A stretch of DNA of 64,000 bases from Candidatus Latescibacterota bacterium (GCA_965223905.1 CBDCXV010000010.1:1184001-1248000), one strand, 5' to 3'; positions 51,876 through 62,173 are shown, counted from the first letter of the stretch. Notes: generated by a model not told the origin, from the sequence alone. Made by a program: numbers and translations.

Positions 51876-53440
51876 CCAAGGCCTATCTGGTCGCCAGGAA
51901 CGAATACCTGGGGACGGTCCGCACCAAGGCCTTCTGGATCGGGTTGCTGGCGTTTCCCGTCGTCATCGCCCTCGCCGCGGTGGTGCCGAGGTTGCTGCAC
52001 CAGGCCAAGGACATCCGCACCTACGCGGTGGTCGATGAGTCGGGATTCCTGCTGCGCGAAATCGACGTCCTCATCTACGAGAGGGACCTGACCGATCTGA
52101 TCGCCGCGGCCGCGGCCTGGAAGCGGGCCGGGGGGCCAGGGGGCCAACGCGAGTTCGAACGGCTCCCCGATGCAGTTCGCAAGCTGACCCTGGCCTGGAT
52201 GGAGCTCGACGAGCAGGAGAGGGCCGGGTTCGTGCACGTCCTGGCACGGCGGACGGAGAGCCGGGTGTCGGAAGGGCGGGCGCGGAGCTTCGCCAACTCC
52301 GCGAGGAGCAACGAGCTCTACGAATGGTGGCGGTCGGTCACGGCCGGCGAGCTGAAGGCGCTCGATCTCCATCTCTCGCATTCCCGCTTCACCCGCCTCG
52401 ACAACGCCGGGGACCTGTCCGTCCTCAATCGCCGCGTCGACAGCGGCGAGCTCTTCGCCTACCTGACGATCGGGGCCGACCCGGTCGGGGGCTCGCAGGG
52501 ATGCAAGTACGTCTCCAACAACCTCACCGACCGCGAGCTGCACGAGTGGTTCGCCGCCAGGGCCAACACCGTCATCCGCCAGCGCCGCATCGCCGCGGCG
52601 GAGGTCGAACCCGGAACCGCGGCCTGGATCGGGGAGCCGCTGGAGTTCGAGGACCGCAAGGTCGACTCCCACGGCAGCGAAGCGGAGGTCGCGGGGAAAG
52701 ACACGGCGCGGCAATGGGCCCCGGTCGGGTTCACCTACCTCCTCTGGATCGCGATTTTCACCAGCGCGCAGATGCTTCTCACCAGCACGATCGAGGAGAA
52801 ATCGGCGCGCATCATCGAGGTGCTGCTCTCCTCGCTCTCTCCGGTTCAGCTCATGGCGGGAAAGATCGCCGGCGCCGCGGGGGCCGGCCTCACCATGGTC
52901 GCATCGTGGGGATTCTTCATCGTTCTCGCCGCCGTCCTCCTCCCTGCGGCAGGCGGCTCGCCGGCCGCGGTCGAAACCCTGCTCGGCCTGGCCGCGGACC
53001 CGTTTTTCCTGCTCGCCTTCTTCCTCTACTTCGCGCTGGGGTACCTCCTCTACGCCACCTTCCTCGTCGGCCTCGGCTCGGTCTGCAACAACCTCAAGGA
53101 GGCGCAGAACCTCCTGCTTCCGGTGATGGTTCCGATGATGGTGGTGTTCTTTGCGATGGTGCCGGTCAGCCAGGATCCGAACGGCACGCTGGCCCGCGTC
53201 ATGTCCTACATCCCCCCGTTCACCCCCTTCGTGATGATGAACCGCGCCGCGGGACCTCCCCCCGCATGGGAGTACCTGACGACCACGGCGGTGCTGGCAG
53301 GGGGGATCTGCCTCGCCCTGCTCGCCGCGGCCAAGCTCTTCAGGATCGGCATCCTGATGACGGGGAAGCCGCCGGGAATCCGCGAAATGGCGCGCTGGCT
53401 CAGGGCCGGATCCGGGGAAGTGCCGGAGTCGAAGGAGTGA
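51872..53440 (+). CDS. ABC-2 type permease (NatB-like) with a large extracytoplasmic insert
   Basis: VRTKAFW, IEEKSARIIEVLLSS, MAGKI, IPPFTPFVM. ATGA overlap with the ATPase gene. Confidence 0.88.
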   Translation: MTKAYLVARNEYLGTVRTKAFWIGLLAFPVVIALAAVVPRLLHQAKDIRTYAVVDESGFLLREIDVLIYERDLTDLIAAAAAWKRAGGPGGQREFERLPDAVRKLTLAWMELDEQERAGFVHVLARRTESRVSEGRARSFANSARSNELYEWWRSVTAGELKALDLHLSHSRFTRLDNAGDLSVLNRRVDSGELFAYLTIGADPVGGSQGCKYVSNNLTDRELHEWFAARANTVIRQRRIAAAEVEPGTAAWIGEPLEFEDRKVDSHGSEAEVAGKDTARQWAPVGFTYLLWIAIFTSAQMLLTSTIEEKSARIIEVLLSSLSPVQLMAGKIAGAAGAGLTMVASWGFFIVLAAVLLPAAGGSPAAVETLLGLAADPFFLLAFFLYFALGYLLYATFLVGLGSVCNNLKEAQNLLLPVMVPMMVVFFAMVPVSQDPNGTLARVMSYIPPFTPFVMMNRAAGPPPAWEYLTTTAVLAGGICLALLAAAKLFRIGILMTGKPPGIREMARWLRAGSGEVPESKE

Positions 53441-53458
53441 GGCGGCGGGGTTGCCCTC

Positions 53459-54151
53459 TTACAGATCGAGACCGAGCTGCAGGTCCGGGGCGTCGACCGG
53501 GTGCACGCAGGCCGCTTCGTCGACGTCGGCGCGGTTGACGAGCGGGGACACCGGGTGCAGGCTGAGCTCTCCGGGGTAGGGGCGCAGCAGCGACAGCAGG
53601 GCGGGGAGTTCCCCGGTTTCGGGCTCGAGCCAGATTTCCGCGGCCTCCGGCGTCAGTATCGCCGGCATGCGGTGGTGCAGCCCGGCGACCGCGGGGCTCG
53701 GTTCGGTGGTGACGATGGCGCAGGTGCGCAGAACCTCGCCGTTCGGGGCCTGCCATTTTTCCGACAGGCCGGCCATGGCGAACGGTTGCCGGTCCGCGAG
53801 CTGGATGTAGTGGGGGACCTTCCCGGTGCCGCGGCGCATCCACTCGAAATAGCCGCTGGCCGGCACGATGCAGCGGCGCCGGCGGAAGGCGTTCCTGAAG
53901 GCCGCGGTATCGGGAAGCGATTCGGCGCGGGCGTTGATCAGGCGGTTGCCGATGGCCGCGGCCTTCGCCCAGAAGGGGACGAGTCCCCACCTGAACTCGA
54001 GCAGCTGGCGCTGCTGCCGCTGGATCACCACCGCCACCGGCTGCGACGGGGCGATGTTGTAGCGCGGCGGCAGGTCGAGAAAGGTCTGCTCGACCGAGAA
54101 GCGCGACACGAGCTCCGGCACCGAGTGGTGAAGGGTGAAACGGCCGCACAT
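53459..54151 (-). CDS. SOS response-associated peptidase (SRAP/YedK/HMCES-like)
   Basis: N-terminal MCGRF, RYNIAPSQ, WGLVP, INARAE, YFEW, HHRMP. Confidence 0.93.
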   Translation of the reverse strand: MCGRFTLHHSVPELVSRFSVEQTFLDLPPRYNIAPSQPVAVVIQRQQRQLLEFRWGLVPFWAKAAAIGNRLINARAESLPDTAAFRNAFRRRRCIVPASGYFEWMRRGTGKVPHYIQLADRQPFAMAGLSEKWQAPNGEVLRTCAIVTTEPSPAVAGLHHRMPAILTPEAAEIWLEPETGELPALLSLLRPYPGELSLHPVSPLVNRADVDEAACVHPVDAPDLQLGLDL

Positions 54152-54328
54152 GGGATCCTTTCTTCGAGCCAACGGCCCCGCTGATCGGATAGCACTGCAG
54201 GCGGCCGCCACCGCCCCGCCTTGTGCCGGGATTCTGCCTGAACCCGGCGGCCGTTGCGCCCTCGTTCGTGCGCTTACCTTCGCGCTCAGGCGCCAGGTTA
54301 TTTCAACCGGCCGGTAAGGGTAACCACC

Positions 54329-55369
54329 ATGGGTAGCGACATCCAGGAGTTGATCGATCCACTCAGGCGCCTGCACGAGCGCCTGCGCGACCGGGTCGTC
54401 GCCGCCTGCGAGGAGGCGGCCGGGCAGCCGGGGAAGGAAGGCCTGGCCCAGGTGCACCGCGAGGGCGCGGAGGACACGATCTACGCCATCGACCGCCTCG
54501 TCGAGGAGGAGCTGCTCGCCGGCCTGGAAAAGCTGGCGGAGGAGTCGGGCCCGCTGGTTCTGATTGCCGAAGGGCTGCCGGATGGGAGCGTCCTCCTGCC
54601 GCCGGGAGCATCTCGGCAGGAGTCGCGCTGGCGCCTGATCGTCGATCCCATAGACGGGACCCGCGGCCTGATGCATCAGAAACGGAGCGCCTGGATCCTG
54701 ACCGGGGCAGCCCCGGACCGGGGCTCCGCAACCACCCTGGCCGACCTCGAGGCCGCGGTGCAGACCGAGATCCCCCTTGTCAGGCAGCACCTCAGCGACG
54801 CGGTCTGGGCGCTCAGGGGAGGGGGCGTCCGGGCGGAGCGCTGCAACCGGCTGACAGGAGAGCGCACACCGCTGCAGCTGGCGCCGTCCGCGGCGGCATC
54901 GCCGCGCCACGGCTTCGCGACCGTGGTCCGTTTCTTTCCGGGTGCCCGCGAGCTCCTGGGCGGGATCGACGAAGAGCTGTTCGCGGCGGTTCTCGGAACC
55001 CCCTTCGACGGGCGCGCCTCCTGCTTCGAGGACCAGTACATCTCCTCCGGCGGACAGCTCTACGAGCTGATGGCCGGCCGCGACCGCTTCGTCATCGACC
55101 TCCGCCCCACGGCCCTGCGCAGGCTGTCCGGAGGCATGTACAGCGAACCGTGCGCCCATCCGTACGACCTGTGCACCGAGCTGGCAGCGCGCGAGGCCGG
55201 GGTCGTCGTCACCGACCTCGACGGGGGGCAGCTGCGCGCCCCGCTCGACGTCAGGACCCCGGTGGACTGGGTCGGGTACGCCAACAGCGAGTTGGCGGAG
55301 CTGGTCCACCCGCTGTTGCAGGAAGTGCTGCGAAGGCGTGCCCTGTGGGAGCCACCGGCGAGCCGATGA
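54329..55369 (+). CDS. Inositol monophosphatase-like family protein
   Basis: DTIYAID, IAEG, VDPIDGTRG, HPYDL, AGVVVTD. Confidence 0.8.
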   Translation: MGSDIQELIDPLRRLHERLRDRVVAACEEAAGQPGKEGLAQVHREGAEDTIYAIDRLVEEELLAGLEKLAEESGPLVLIAEGLPDGSVLLPPGASRQESRWRLIVDPIDGTRGLMHQKRSAWILTGAAPDRGSATTLADLEAAVQTEIPLVRQHLSDAVWALRGGGVRAERCNRLTGERTPLQLAPSAAASPRHGFATVVRFFPGARELLGGIDEELFAAVLGTPFDGRASCFEDQYISSGGQLYELMAGRDRFVIDLRPTALRRLSGGMYSEPCAHPYDLCTELAAREAGVVVTDLDGGQLRAPLDVRTPVDWVGYANSELAELVHPLLQEVLRRRALWEPPASR

Positions 55370-55822
55370 CGCCCTTCCGGTGAAGAGATCGAGCGCCTCG
55401 GGGACCGGGGCGCTCCACCCCTGGTGCCGGTTTTCTCCGCGGCCAAGACGCCCTCAGAGCTCGATGGAAAGCTCCGGGAACCGCCCCCGTCCGCTGCTTG
55501 TCGGGACCGGCCGCAGGGGCTATTATCGCCCCGAAAACAACCTTTGGGCACCCGGAAGTGCACCGTCCAATCGGGCTCATTGTCTGCCGGCGAAGCAGGG
55601 CAGACGGGCGGCTGGCCTCTGCCGCCGGTAGCAGCTTTGCGCTCGCTGAATTTCCATATGATTCGCCTTCCCCGCGTTTCGATTGCAGCGCCCGCACAGC
55701 GACTTTCACCACCGCAGGCAAGGGCAGGACCCGGCAAGACAGTGCAGCGTCGAAGTAAGGGAGAAAGGTTTTAGCGTGGACAGGATGGCATCCTCGAAAC
55801 AGGACACCGGAGCCGGTCGGAG

Positions 55823-58330
55823 GTGCAGATGACGCTGTCACCCGCATTAGCCGTAATGAGGGCTGCCCACGGCGATCGCGTACCGGAGGGTCGGCTGGGA
55901 GCGGATACGGTACCGCCAGCCGCTCTTGCCCTGCCGATCGAACTGGCCACCGAGGAGCTGGTGAAGCATGCCAAGACTTGTCCGGATGTCAGATGCCAAC
56001 ACGTGCCTCCCCCCCTGGGGAATCGCCGGGGGGTGCGTCCTGACAAGATTCGGACTGCCAGGCATGAAGTACACAAGCTGTTGTGGAAGTACCCGGATCA
56101 CGATCTGGTCGATTTCGTCCGCGACGAAATCCGCAGTGAGAACAAAGAGTTGATCGAGCAGATCTCGAGCGGGAGTCTCCTGGAGGGAGAAACGCTGTCG
56201 AGCTTTCTGCGGGATCAAGGAGAAGCCGGCCTGCGCCGCCTGGCCGCGGTTCTCTGGGCGTCGAAGTTCGATGGCCCTGACGCCGAAGAGCTTTTTCGAT
56301 TTCTCGTTCCTCTTGCGGACGGAAATTCCGCGCCCGGTTCGCGGCAGGATGCCGCCCACGTCGGAGACGAGAAGAAGCTGAAGAGGGAGCTACGCAAGAC
56401 CAGCAGGGCGTACAGGGAGACCAAGCGGAACTCGGAGCGGGCGGAGAAGAGTTTGCAGCGCAGGGAGCGGGAGCTCGAGAAGCTGAGGGCGGGGTACCAG
56501 GCGGAAAAAAAGGAACACCGGAAGGTCGTCGAGGAGGTCGAGCGGGTCCGGGAGCAGATCCGGAAGTCCGATGCCGCCCGTATCGACATCGAGAGGGATC
56601 TCGACAAGTCCGAGCAGACCAGGGAGGAAATCCAGCGACAGCACCGCCGGTTGGACCGGGAAAAGAAAGAGCTCGCCACCGAACGGAGCCAATTCGCCAG
56701 GCAGCTCGCCACCAAGGAACTGCGGGTGAAGGAGCTGGAATCCAGGCTCGGCGACCTCCCTCGCGGCGATCAGGCAGTTCAGCATTTCCTTCGCGAGGAG
56801 GAGGAGCGCATCAAGCGGGACCGCCTGATTCTCTCCGGTTCACCGAAGGCGCGAGCCGACGAGGAGTGGCGGCTCCATCGCAAGCTGAAGGCGGCGTTTC
56901 TCGACGCCTATCCCAAGTTCCGCGTCGCCGCTCCGAAAAAGCTGCGGCGCAAGACCTCCCTGCAGTTCGTCGCCCTCGGCGGATCCGCGGAGATCGGCAG
57001 AAGCTGCTACCTCATCGAGCTCGGCGAACGCCGGATTCTCGTGGACTGCGGCATAAAGCCGGGCGGGTCTTCCGGGTTCCATCCCGGGATCGACGGACTC
57101 GAACGGGTCGACGCGCTGATCGTGACGCACGCGCATACCGACCATATCGGTTGGATCCCCGCCCTCGTAAACCGCTTCGGCGAGCTCGACATCTTCTGCT
57201 CCCCCGCTACCAGGGCGCTGCTTCCGGTAATGCTGGAAGACGGTCACTCACACTACGTTCGCCAGCTGGCGATCCGCAGCGAGCAGGCGCAACATATCGC
57301 CAATGCCGGGGAAGTGGTCGCCGGTTACGGGGGGGATGACGTGCGCCGGGTGCCCGGGCTAGCCCTCGCCTGCGAGTTCGGGAGCGAGAAGGCCCTGCCG
57401 TTCCCCGGCGCCTCGATCCGGTTCTTCCCGGCAGGCCATATTCTCGGCGCCGCCAGCCTCCTTATCGAGGAGGAGACCGGGCGCCGTGTTTTCTTCTCGG
57501 GTGATTTCTCCTCCTTTCCCCAACTGACCGTTCCGGCCGCTAGCTGGCCCGAGGATCTCGGGGAGATCGATCTCCTCGTCCTGGAATCGACGTACGGGAA
57601 CTCGAAACACCAGGAGCCCGAGTCGACCCGGGCCGAGCTCGTCGACTTCATCAGGGATACGACGGAGAACCGCAAGGGGTCGGTGATCCTCCCCTCGTTC
57701 GCGCTGGGGCGAGCCCAGGAGCTGCTGAAGTTGATACTCAGGGCGAAGGAGGAGGGAGATCTCCGGGATGACGTCCCGGTTTTCGTCGACGGGATGATAA
57801 AGTCCATCAACCCTGTCTATCGCGAATATTCCGATTTCGATTTGCCGCAGGATGCGGTCCTCGAGGTGCATGGCGAAACAGACCGGGATGAAATCGCCCG
57901 CGAAGCCCAGAAGATACCGTCGATCATAGTGACGACGTCGGGGATGCTCACCGGCGGTCCGGTGGTCGAGTACGCCCGTCACCTGCTTCCGGATGCCCGC
58001 CACCGGATCGTCCTCACCGGCTACCAGGACGAGGGCGCGCCCAGCAGGGCGCTGCTCGACATCTCCGGCTCCGGAGGTCCGCGGGTCGTTCGCCTGCAGG
58101 GAGAGGGAGGGGAGATAAAGTTCAAGGCAGCGATGCCGGCCAAGCAGTTCGGGCTTTCCGCCCATGCGGACCGGCCCGGGCTGCTCGAATACGCCTCCAT
58201 GCTCAAGCCGAAGCAGATCGTCCTGGTCCACGGGGTGCCCTGGCAGCAGCAGGACCTGAGCAAGGGGTTGGCGCTGAGTCATCCGCGTGCCGAAATCAGC
58301 TGCGGACCTGATCAAGTCGAGGTCGGGTGA
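55823..58330 (+). CDS. MBL/beta-CASP (CPSF73/YSH1-like) nuclease with a long N-terminal helical and coiled-coil extension
   Basis: LGG..EIGRSC, VDCG, THAHTDH, AGHILG, SGD, ESTYG, PSFALGRAQE, SGMLTGG, TGYQ, LSAHAD, LVHG. Residues ~185-340 are E/K/R-rich heptads. Start uncertain. Confidence 0.85.
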   Translation: MQMTLSPALAVMRAAHGDRVPEGRLGADTVPPAALALPIELATEELVKHAKTCPDVRCQHVPPPLGNRRGVRPDKIRTARHEVHKLLWKYPDHDLVDFVRDEIRSENKELIEQISSGSLLEGETLSSFLRDQGEAGLRRLAAVLWASKFDGPDAEELFRFLVPLADGNSAPGSRQDAAHVGDEKKLKRELRKTSRAYRETKRNSERAEKSLQRRERELEKLRAGYQAEKKEHRKVVEEVERVREQIRKSDAARIDIERDLDKSEQTREEIQRQHRRLDREKKELATERSQFARQLATKELRVKELESRLGDLPRGDQAVQHFLREEEERIKRDRLILSGSPKARADEEWRLHRKLKAAFLDAYPKFRVAAPKKLRRKTSLQFVALGGSAEIGRSCYLIELGERRILVDCGIKPGGSSGFHPGIDGLERVDALIVTHAHTDHIGWIPALVNRFGELDIFCSPATRALLPVMLEDGHSHYVRQLAIRSEQAQHIANAGEVVAGYGGDDVRRVPGLALACEFGSEKALPFPGASIRFFPAGHILGAASLLIEEETGRRVFFSGDFSSFPQLTVPAASWPEDLGEIDLLVLESTYGNSKHQEPESTRAELVDFIRDTTENRKGSVILPSFALGRAQELLKLILRAKEEGDLRDDVPVFVDGMIKSINPVYREYSDFDLPQDAVLEVHGETDRDEIAREAQKIPSIIVTTSGMLTGGPVVEYARHLLPDARHRIVLTGYQDEGAPSRALLDISGSGGPRVVRLQGEGGEIKFKAAMPAKQFGLSAHADRPGLLEYASMLKPKQIVLVHGVPWQQQDLSKGLALSHPRAEISCGPDQVEVG

Positions 58331-58510
58331 AGCGGAGGGTCTTGGGGGAGGCCGGCTTGCGGGTCACGCGCGGGGCCGGACCTCGGCCGCATTTTCCACG
58401 AACCTTGCGGGGCCTTCAGCCCCGGCCCGGCTGCTGAGCCCGGCAGGTTTTTCTCACTCCACCTCAGGCAGCCGGACCCACACCCTGCCGATCGCATCAC
58501 CCAGGTCGCC

Positions 58511-59626
58511 ATGACGAAAGAGATCGGGTCGCTGCCGCTGACGAAAGTCCTGCGCGGCCTGCCTGCCGCGGTGCCGTTCGTAGGTCCCGAGGCGCTCGAG
58601 CGGCGAAGCGGCCGCCAGATCGCGGTTCGCGTCGGGGCCAACGAGTCCGCCTTCGGCATATCTCCGCGGGCCCGCGAAGCGATGCTCGCCGCGGTGGGGG
58701 AGCTCTGCCTCTACAACGACCCTGAGAACTTCGACCTCGCCGAAGCCCTCGCCGACCACCACGGTATCGACCCTGGCGTGCTCTGCATAAGCGCCGGGGT
58801 CGACGACCTGCTCGGCCTGATGGTCCGCATCGCCGTCGAGGCGGGCGACCCGGTGGTCACCTCCCGCGGTTCCTATCCGACCTTCGACTATCACGTGCGC
58901 GGCTTCGGCGGCCGCCTCGAGCAGGTGCCCTACGACGCCGACCGCGTCGACCTGCAGGGGTTGCTCGGCAGGGTCGTCGAGACGGGGGCCCACCTCGTGT
59001 ACGTCGCCAACCCGGACAACCCGATGGGCACCTGGCACTCCGGCGCGGAGATCCGGGCGTTCGTCGATTCCCTGCCGCCGCGGTGCATCGCCATCGTCGA
59101 CGAGGCCTACAACGACTTCGCCCCTGCCGGAACCGCCATGCCGGGCGCCCCCGGCGACTGCCGGGCGGTGCGCATGCGGACCTTCTCCAAGGCCCACGGC
59201 ATGGCGGGAGCGCGCGTCGGCTACGCCATCGCTGGCGGCGACGTCGTCGCGGCCCTGGACAAGGTGCGCAACCACTTCGGCGTCAACCGCGTCGCCCAGG
59301 CCGGCGCCCTGGCGTCGCTGCGCGACCCCGGTTTCGTCGCCGGGGTGGTCGACCAGGTCGTCGCCGGGCGCCGGGAGTACGAACAGCTGGCGCGGGAGCT
59401 CGAGCTGGCCGCAGTGCCGTCGGCCGCCAACTTCGTCTGCTTCGACATCGGCGCCCCGGAGGAGGCGCGCCGCATGCTGGAGGAGCTGCTGCTGCGCGGG
59501 GTCTTCGTGCGCATGCCGTCGGCGGCCCCCCAGAGCCGCTGCATCCGCGTCACCGTCGGCACCGGTCCGCAGCGTGCCGCCTTTGCCCGGGCCCTGCGGG
59601 AGGTCCTGGAGGAAACGCGGCGATGA
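58511..59626 (+). CDS. HisC-like PLP-dependent aminotransferase
   Basis: GANES, NPDNPMG, DEAY, RTFSKAHGMAGARVGY, ANFV, IRVTVG. Confidence 0.88.
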   Translation: MTKEIGSLPLTKVLRGLPAAVPFVGPEALERRSGRQIAVRVGANESAFGISPRAREAMLAAVGELCLYNDPENFDLAEALADHHGIDPGVLCISAGVDDLLGLMVRIAVEAGDPVVTSRGSYPTFDYHVRGFGGRLEQVPYDADRVDLQGLLGRVVETGAHLVYVANPDNPMGTWHSGAEIRAFVDSLPPRCIAIVDEAYNDFAPAGTAMPGAPGDCRAVRMRTFSKAHGMAGARVGYAIAGGDVVAALDKVRNHFGVNRVAQAGALASLRDPGFVAGVVDQVVAGRREYEQLARELELAAVPSAANFVCFDIGAPEEARRMLEELLLRGVFVRMPSAAPQSRCIRVTVGTGPQRAAFARALREVLEETRR

Positions 59627-60516
59627 GGGTGCTGGTCTCCGGGTCGACCGGCCTGCTGGGGTCGCAGCTCGTCCCCCTGCTGGCGCGCCGCGGCCACACA
59701 GTAGTGCCCCTCGTGCGCCGGGCTCCGGCAGCCGGGGGGGAGGCGGTGAAGTGGGACCCTGCGGCCGGGGCGCTCGCCGGGGAAGACCTGCATGGAATCG
59801 CCGCCGCCGTCCACCTGGCGGGAGAACCGATCGTGGGGCGGTGGACCCCGGACCGCAAGCGGCGTGTTCGCGACAGCCGCATCGAGGGCACCCGCCTTCT
59901 CTCGGAAACCCTGGCCCGCCTCGACCCGCGGCCGAAGGTGCTGGTCAGCATGTCGGCGATCGGCTACTACGGAGACCGCGGCGACGAGGAGCTCACCGAA
60001 GAGAGCCCCCCGGGCTGCGGCTTCCTTCCCGAGGTCGCCGGCGATTGGGAGGCGGCCGCCGGAGCCGCGGTCAGCGGCGGGATCCGGGTGGTGCTCCCTC
60101 GTCTCGGAGTGGTGCTGACGCCCCGCGGCGGAGCCCTGGCGAAGATGCTTCCGGCCTTCAGGCTCGGCCTCGGCGGCCGCCTCGGCAGCGGCGATCAGTT
60201 CATCAGCTGGATCAGCCTCGAAGATGCCCTGAGGGGAATCTGCTTCGCCCTGGAGACCGGTTCGCTGTCCGGGCCGGTCAATCTCGTGGCGCCCGGACCG
60301 GTGACGAACCGCGAATTCACCGCGGCCCTGGCACGGGCCCTGCGCCGCCCCGCGCTCGCCCCGGTCCCCGCCGTTCTGCTCGAGCTGGCTCTCGGCGAGA
60401 TGGCTCGGGAGCTGCTGCTTGCCAGCACGAGGGTGCGGCCCCGCGCCCTCCTCGAGTCCGGATTTTCCTTCCACCACACCGACATCTACGGCGCCCTCGC
60501 CGACCTGCTGCAGTAG
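59623..60516 (+). CDS. TIGR01777-type NAD(P)-dependent epimerase-like protein
   Basis: SGSTGLLG, HLAGEPI..RW, SRIEGT, SAIGYYG, GGRLGSGDQFISWI. Confidence 0.88.
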   Translation: MRVLVSGSTGLLGSQLVPLLARRGHTVVPLVRRAPAAGGEAVKWDPAAGALAGEDLHGIAAAVHLAGEPIVGRWTPDRKRRVRDSRIEGTRLLSETLARLDPRPKVLVSMSAIGYYGDRGDEELTEESPPGCGFLPEVAGDWEAAAGAAVSGGIRVVLPRLGVVLTPRGGALAKMLPAFRLGLGGRLGSGDQFISWISLEDALRGICFALETGSLSGPVNLVAPGPVTNREFTAALARALRRPALAPVPAVLLELALGEMARELLLASTRVRPRALLESGFSFHHTDIYGALADLLQ

Positions 60517-60747
60517 AAACCTTCTCGCGGCCCGCCCGGTCCCCGAGCCGCGGCGAGAGTTAGCCTGGCCAGCCCATTGGTTCGGCCGCCTCGGGCGCGT
60601 TACCCGCAGCCCTGAAGGGTTATGCGCACATAGCGACCGCAGAGCCGGAACGGATTTCCAGTAAGGCGTGGGGGCGGTGTAATCGGCGGGAGGGCGCATC
60701 CGGGAAGGGGAGCCAATGGTCCCGGCCCGGTTACGAAATGCCCGGAT

Positions 60748-61143
60748 TCAGAGCGCGGGCAGACTCCAGGGAACGAACAGGGTGGCGAGCAGCAGCAGGA
60801 TGGTCGCCGCAAAGGCCCCCAGCATGGCCTGCAAATGGAGGCGGCCCGCCTTGCGGCGCAGCCGTTCGGCCAGCTCCCGGTCCCGAATCGGCTCGGTTCC
60901 TCCCGCGGTTGCGCGTGCACCACGCGCGGCGAGCAGCACTCAGGTCGATCCGCGGGCCTGCAACAGGCACAGGATGCCCCCCCAGAGCGGCAGGAAGACG
61001 GCGACGCGCAGAGGCAGCGGACTTGCAGTCACGGTGACCAGGGCGGTGAAGCCGAGCGCGAAACAGCAGAGCAGGATCCCGAAGAAGAGGCGGAAGCGCC
61101 GGCTGTCCTCCTCGATGTTGCACAGGTCTGCGCTATTCGTCAC
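60748..61143 (-). CDS. Membrane protein with in-frame TGA (candidate selenoprotein, 131 aa)
   Basis: ORFs 60940..61143 and 60748..60939 are contiguous in one frame, separated only by TGA 60942-60940 (..LLQARGST-TGA-VLLAARG..). A SECIS-like hairpin follows. Confidence 0.7.
60903..60933 (-). promoter_or_regulatory. Candidate bacterial SECIS element
   Basis: After the TGA: 12 nt, then GCGCGTG-GTG-CACGCGC (7-bp stem, G-first loop 19 nt from the UGA), with a lower stem CTCGC/GCGGG. Confidence 0.62.
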
Positions 61144-61216
61144 GAGTGATCAGTCCGCCAAAACCGGGGCAACGGCTGCCGGGGTTTCGGGCAGCTTCGG
61201 CGAGCTGTCCCGCACC

Positions 61217-62170
61217 TCACGGCGCCGGAGCCATGGTGTTGCGGATCCAGTCGCGGATGAGGACCGCGGTTTCCTCCGGGTATTCGAGGTGGGGGGCGTG
61301 CCCGCAGTCGTCGAAAACGTGCAGTTTCGCCGCCGGCAGGTCCGCTTCGAAGCGGAGCGCGTTGAGGGCGGGCACGATGCGGTCCTGCTTTCCCCAGAGG
61401 ATCAGGGCCGGCAGCGACAATTCCGAATACTTTCGCGGAAAGGTGTCGATGTCGGGCGGGGTCAGGTTGCGCGCCGTCATCCGGTACGCGAAAGGGGTGC
61501 CGGGCATGGCGAAGTACTCGACCGCCCGGTCGACCAGCCGCTCCGGGATCCGGCGGGGATCGTAATAGATCCGGGAATAGGTCGAGCCGGCGACGCGCCG
61601 CACCAGGCCGCTGGCCACCGCCAGCCGCTGCAGCGTGGGGCTCAGCAGCAGGGCACCCGGTTTTCCAGCGAGGAGCGGGACGAATCCCGGCAGCGGCTGC
61701 GGGTACCCGGCAGCGGAGATCAGCACCAGTCCGCGCAGGTTCAGCCCGGCCGCCCAGGGACGCTCCTGCGGATCGGCACAGGCAAGCCTCAGGGCGATGG
61801 CCCCGCCGAGGGAGTTGCCGACGAGGACGAGGCGGTCGAGCTCGAGGGCGCGGATGAACTCGCCGACGCAGGCAGCCAGCCGGTCGAGTGAGTACTGCTC
61901 GGTGTCGGGCAGGGACCGGAAGCGCGGCCGGCTGCTCTCCCCGAAGCCGACGAGGTCGACGGCGACCGTCCGGAAGCGCTCGCCGAGAAAGGGCTCCACA
62001 AACTCCCAGGTCCCCTTGTGATCGAAGAGGCCGTGCAGCAGCAGCAGCGTGTGGTCGGCGGACAGGTTGCCGTTGTCGGCACAGGCCATCTCGACGGGCA
62101 GGCCGTCGTCACGGCCGACCAGGACCCGGGATGTGCTCACGGAAGGGGTTGGTGGCGCGGTCGCAGCCAC
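61217..62170 (-). CDS. Alpha/beta fold hydrolase
   Basis: LLHG, DLVGFGES, nucleophile elbow GNSLGG, WGKQD, GHAPHLE. Confidence 0.9.
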   Translation of the reverse strand: MAATAPPTPSVSTSRVLVGRDDGLPVEMACADNGNLSADHTLLLLHGLFDHKGTWEFVEPFLGERFRTVAVDLVGFGESSRPRFRSLPDTEQYSLDRLAACVGEFIRALELDRLVLVGNSLGGAIALRLACADPQERPWAAGLNLRGLVLISAAGYPQPLPGFVPLLAGKPGALLLSPTLQRLAVASGLVRRVAGSTYSRIYYDPRRIPERLVDRAVEYFAMPGTPFAYRMTARNLTPPDIDTFPRKYSELSLPALILWGKQDRIVPALNALRFEADLPAAKLHVFDDCGHAPHLEYPEETAVLIRDWIRNTMAPAP

Positions 62171-62173
62171 CGG

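Noticed and set aside
54152-54328. LexA box upstream of the SRAP gene
   Set aside because: No convincing palindrome or direct repeat was found.
60520-60740. Hairpin-rich gap between convergent genes as a riboswitch or ncRNA
   Set aside because: No hallmark of SRP, tmRNA, RNase P or common riboswitches was recognised, and it is downstream of both neighbours.
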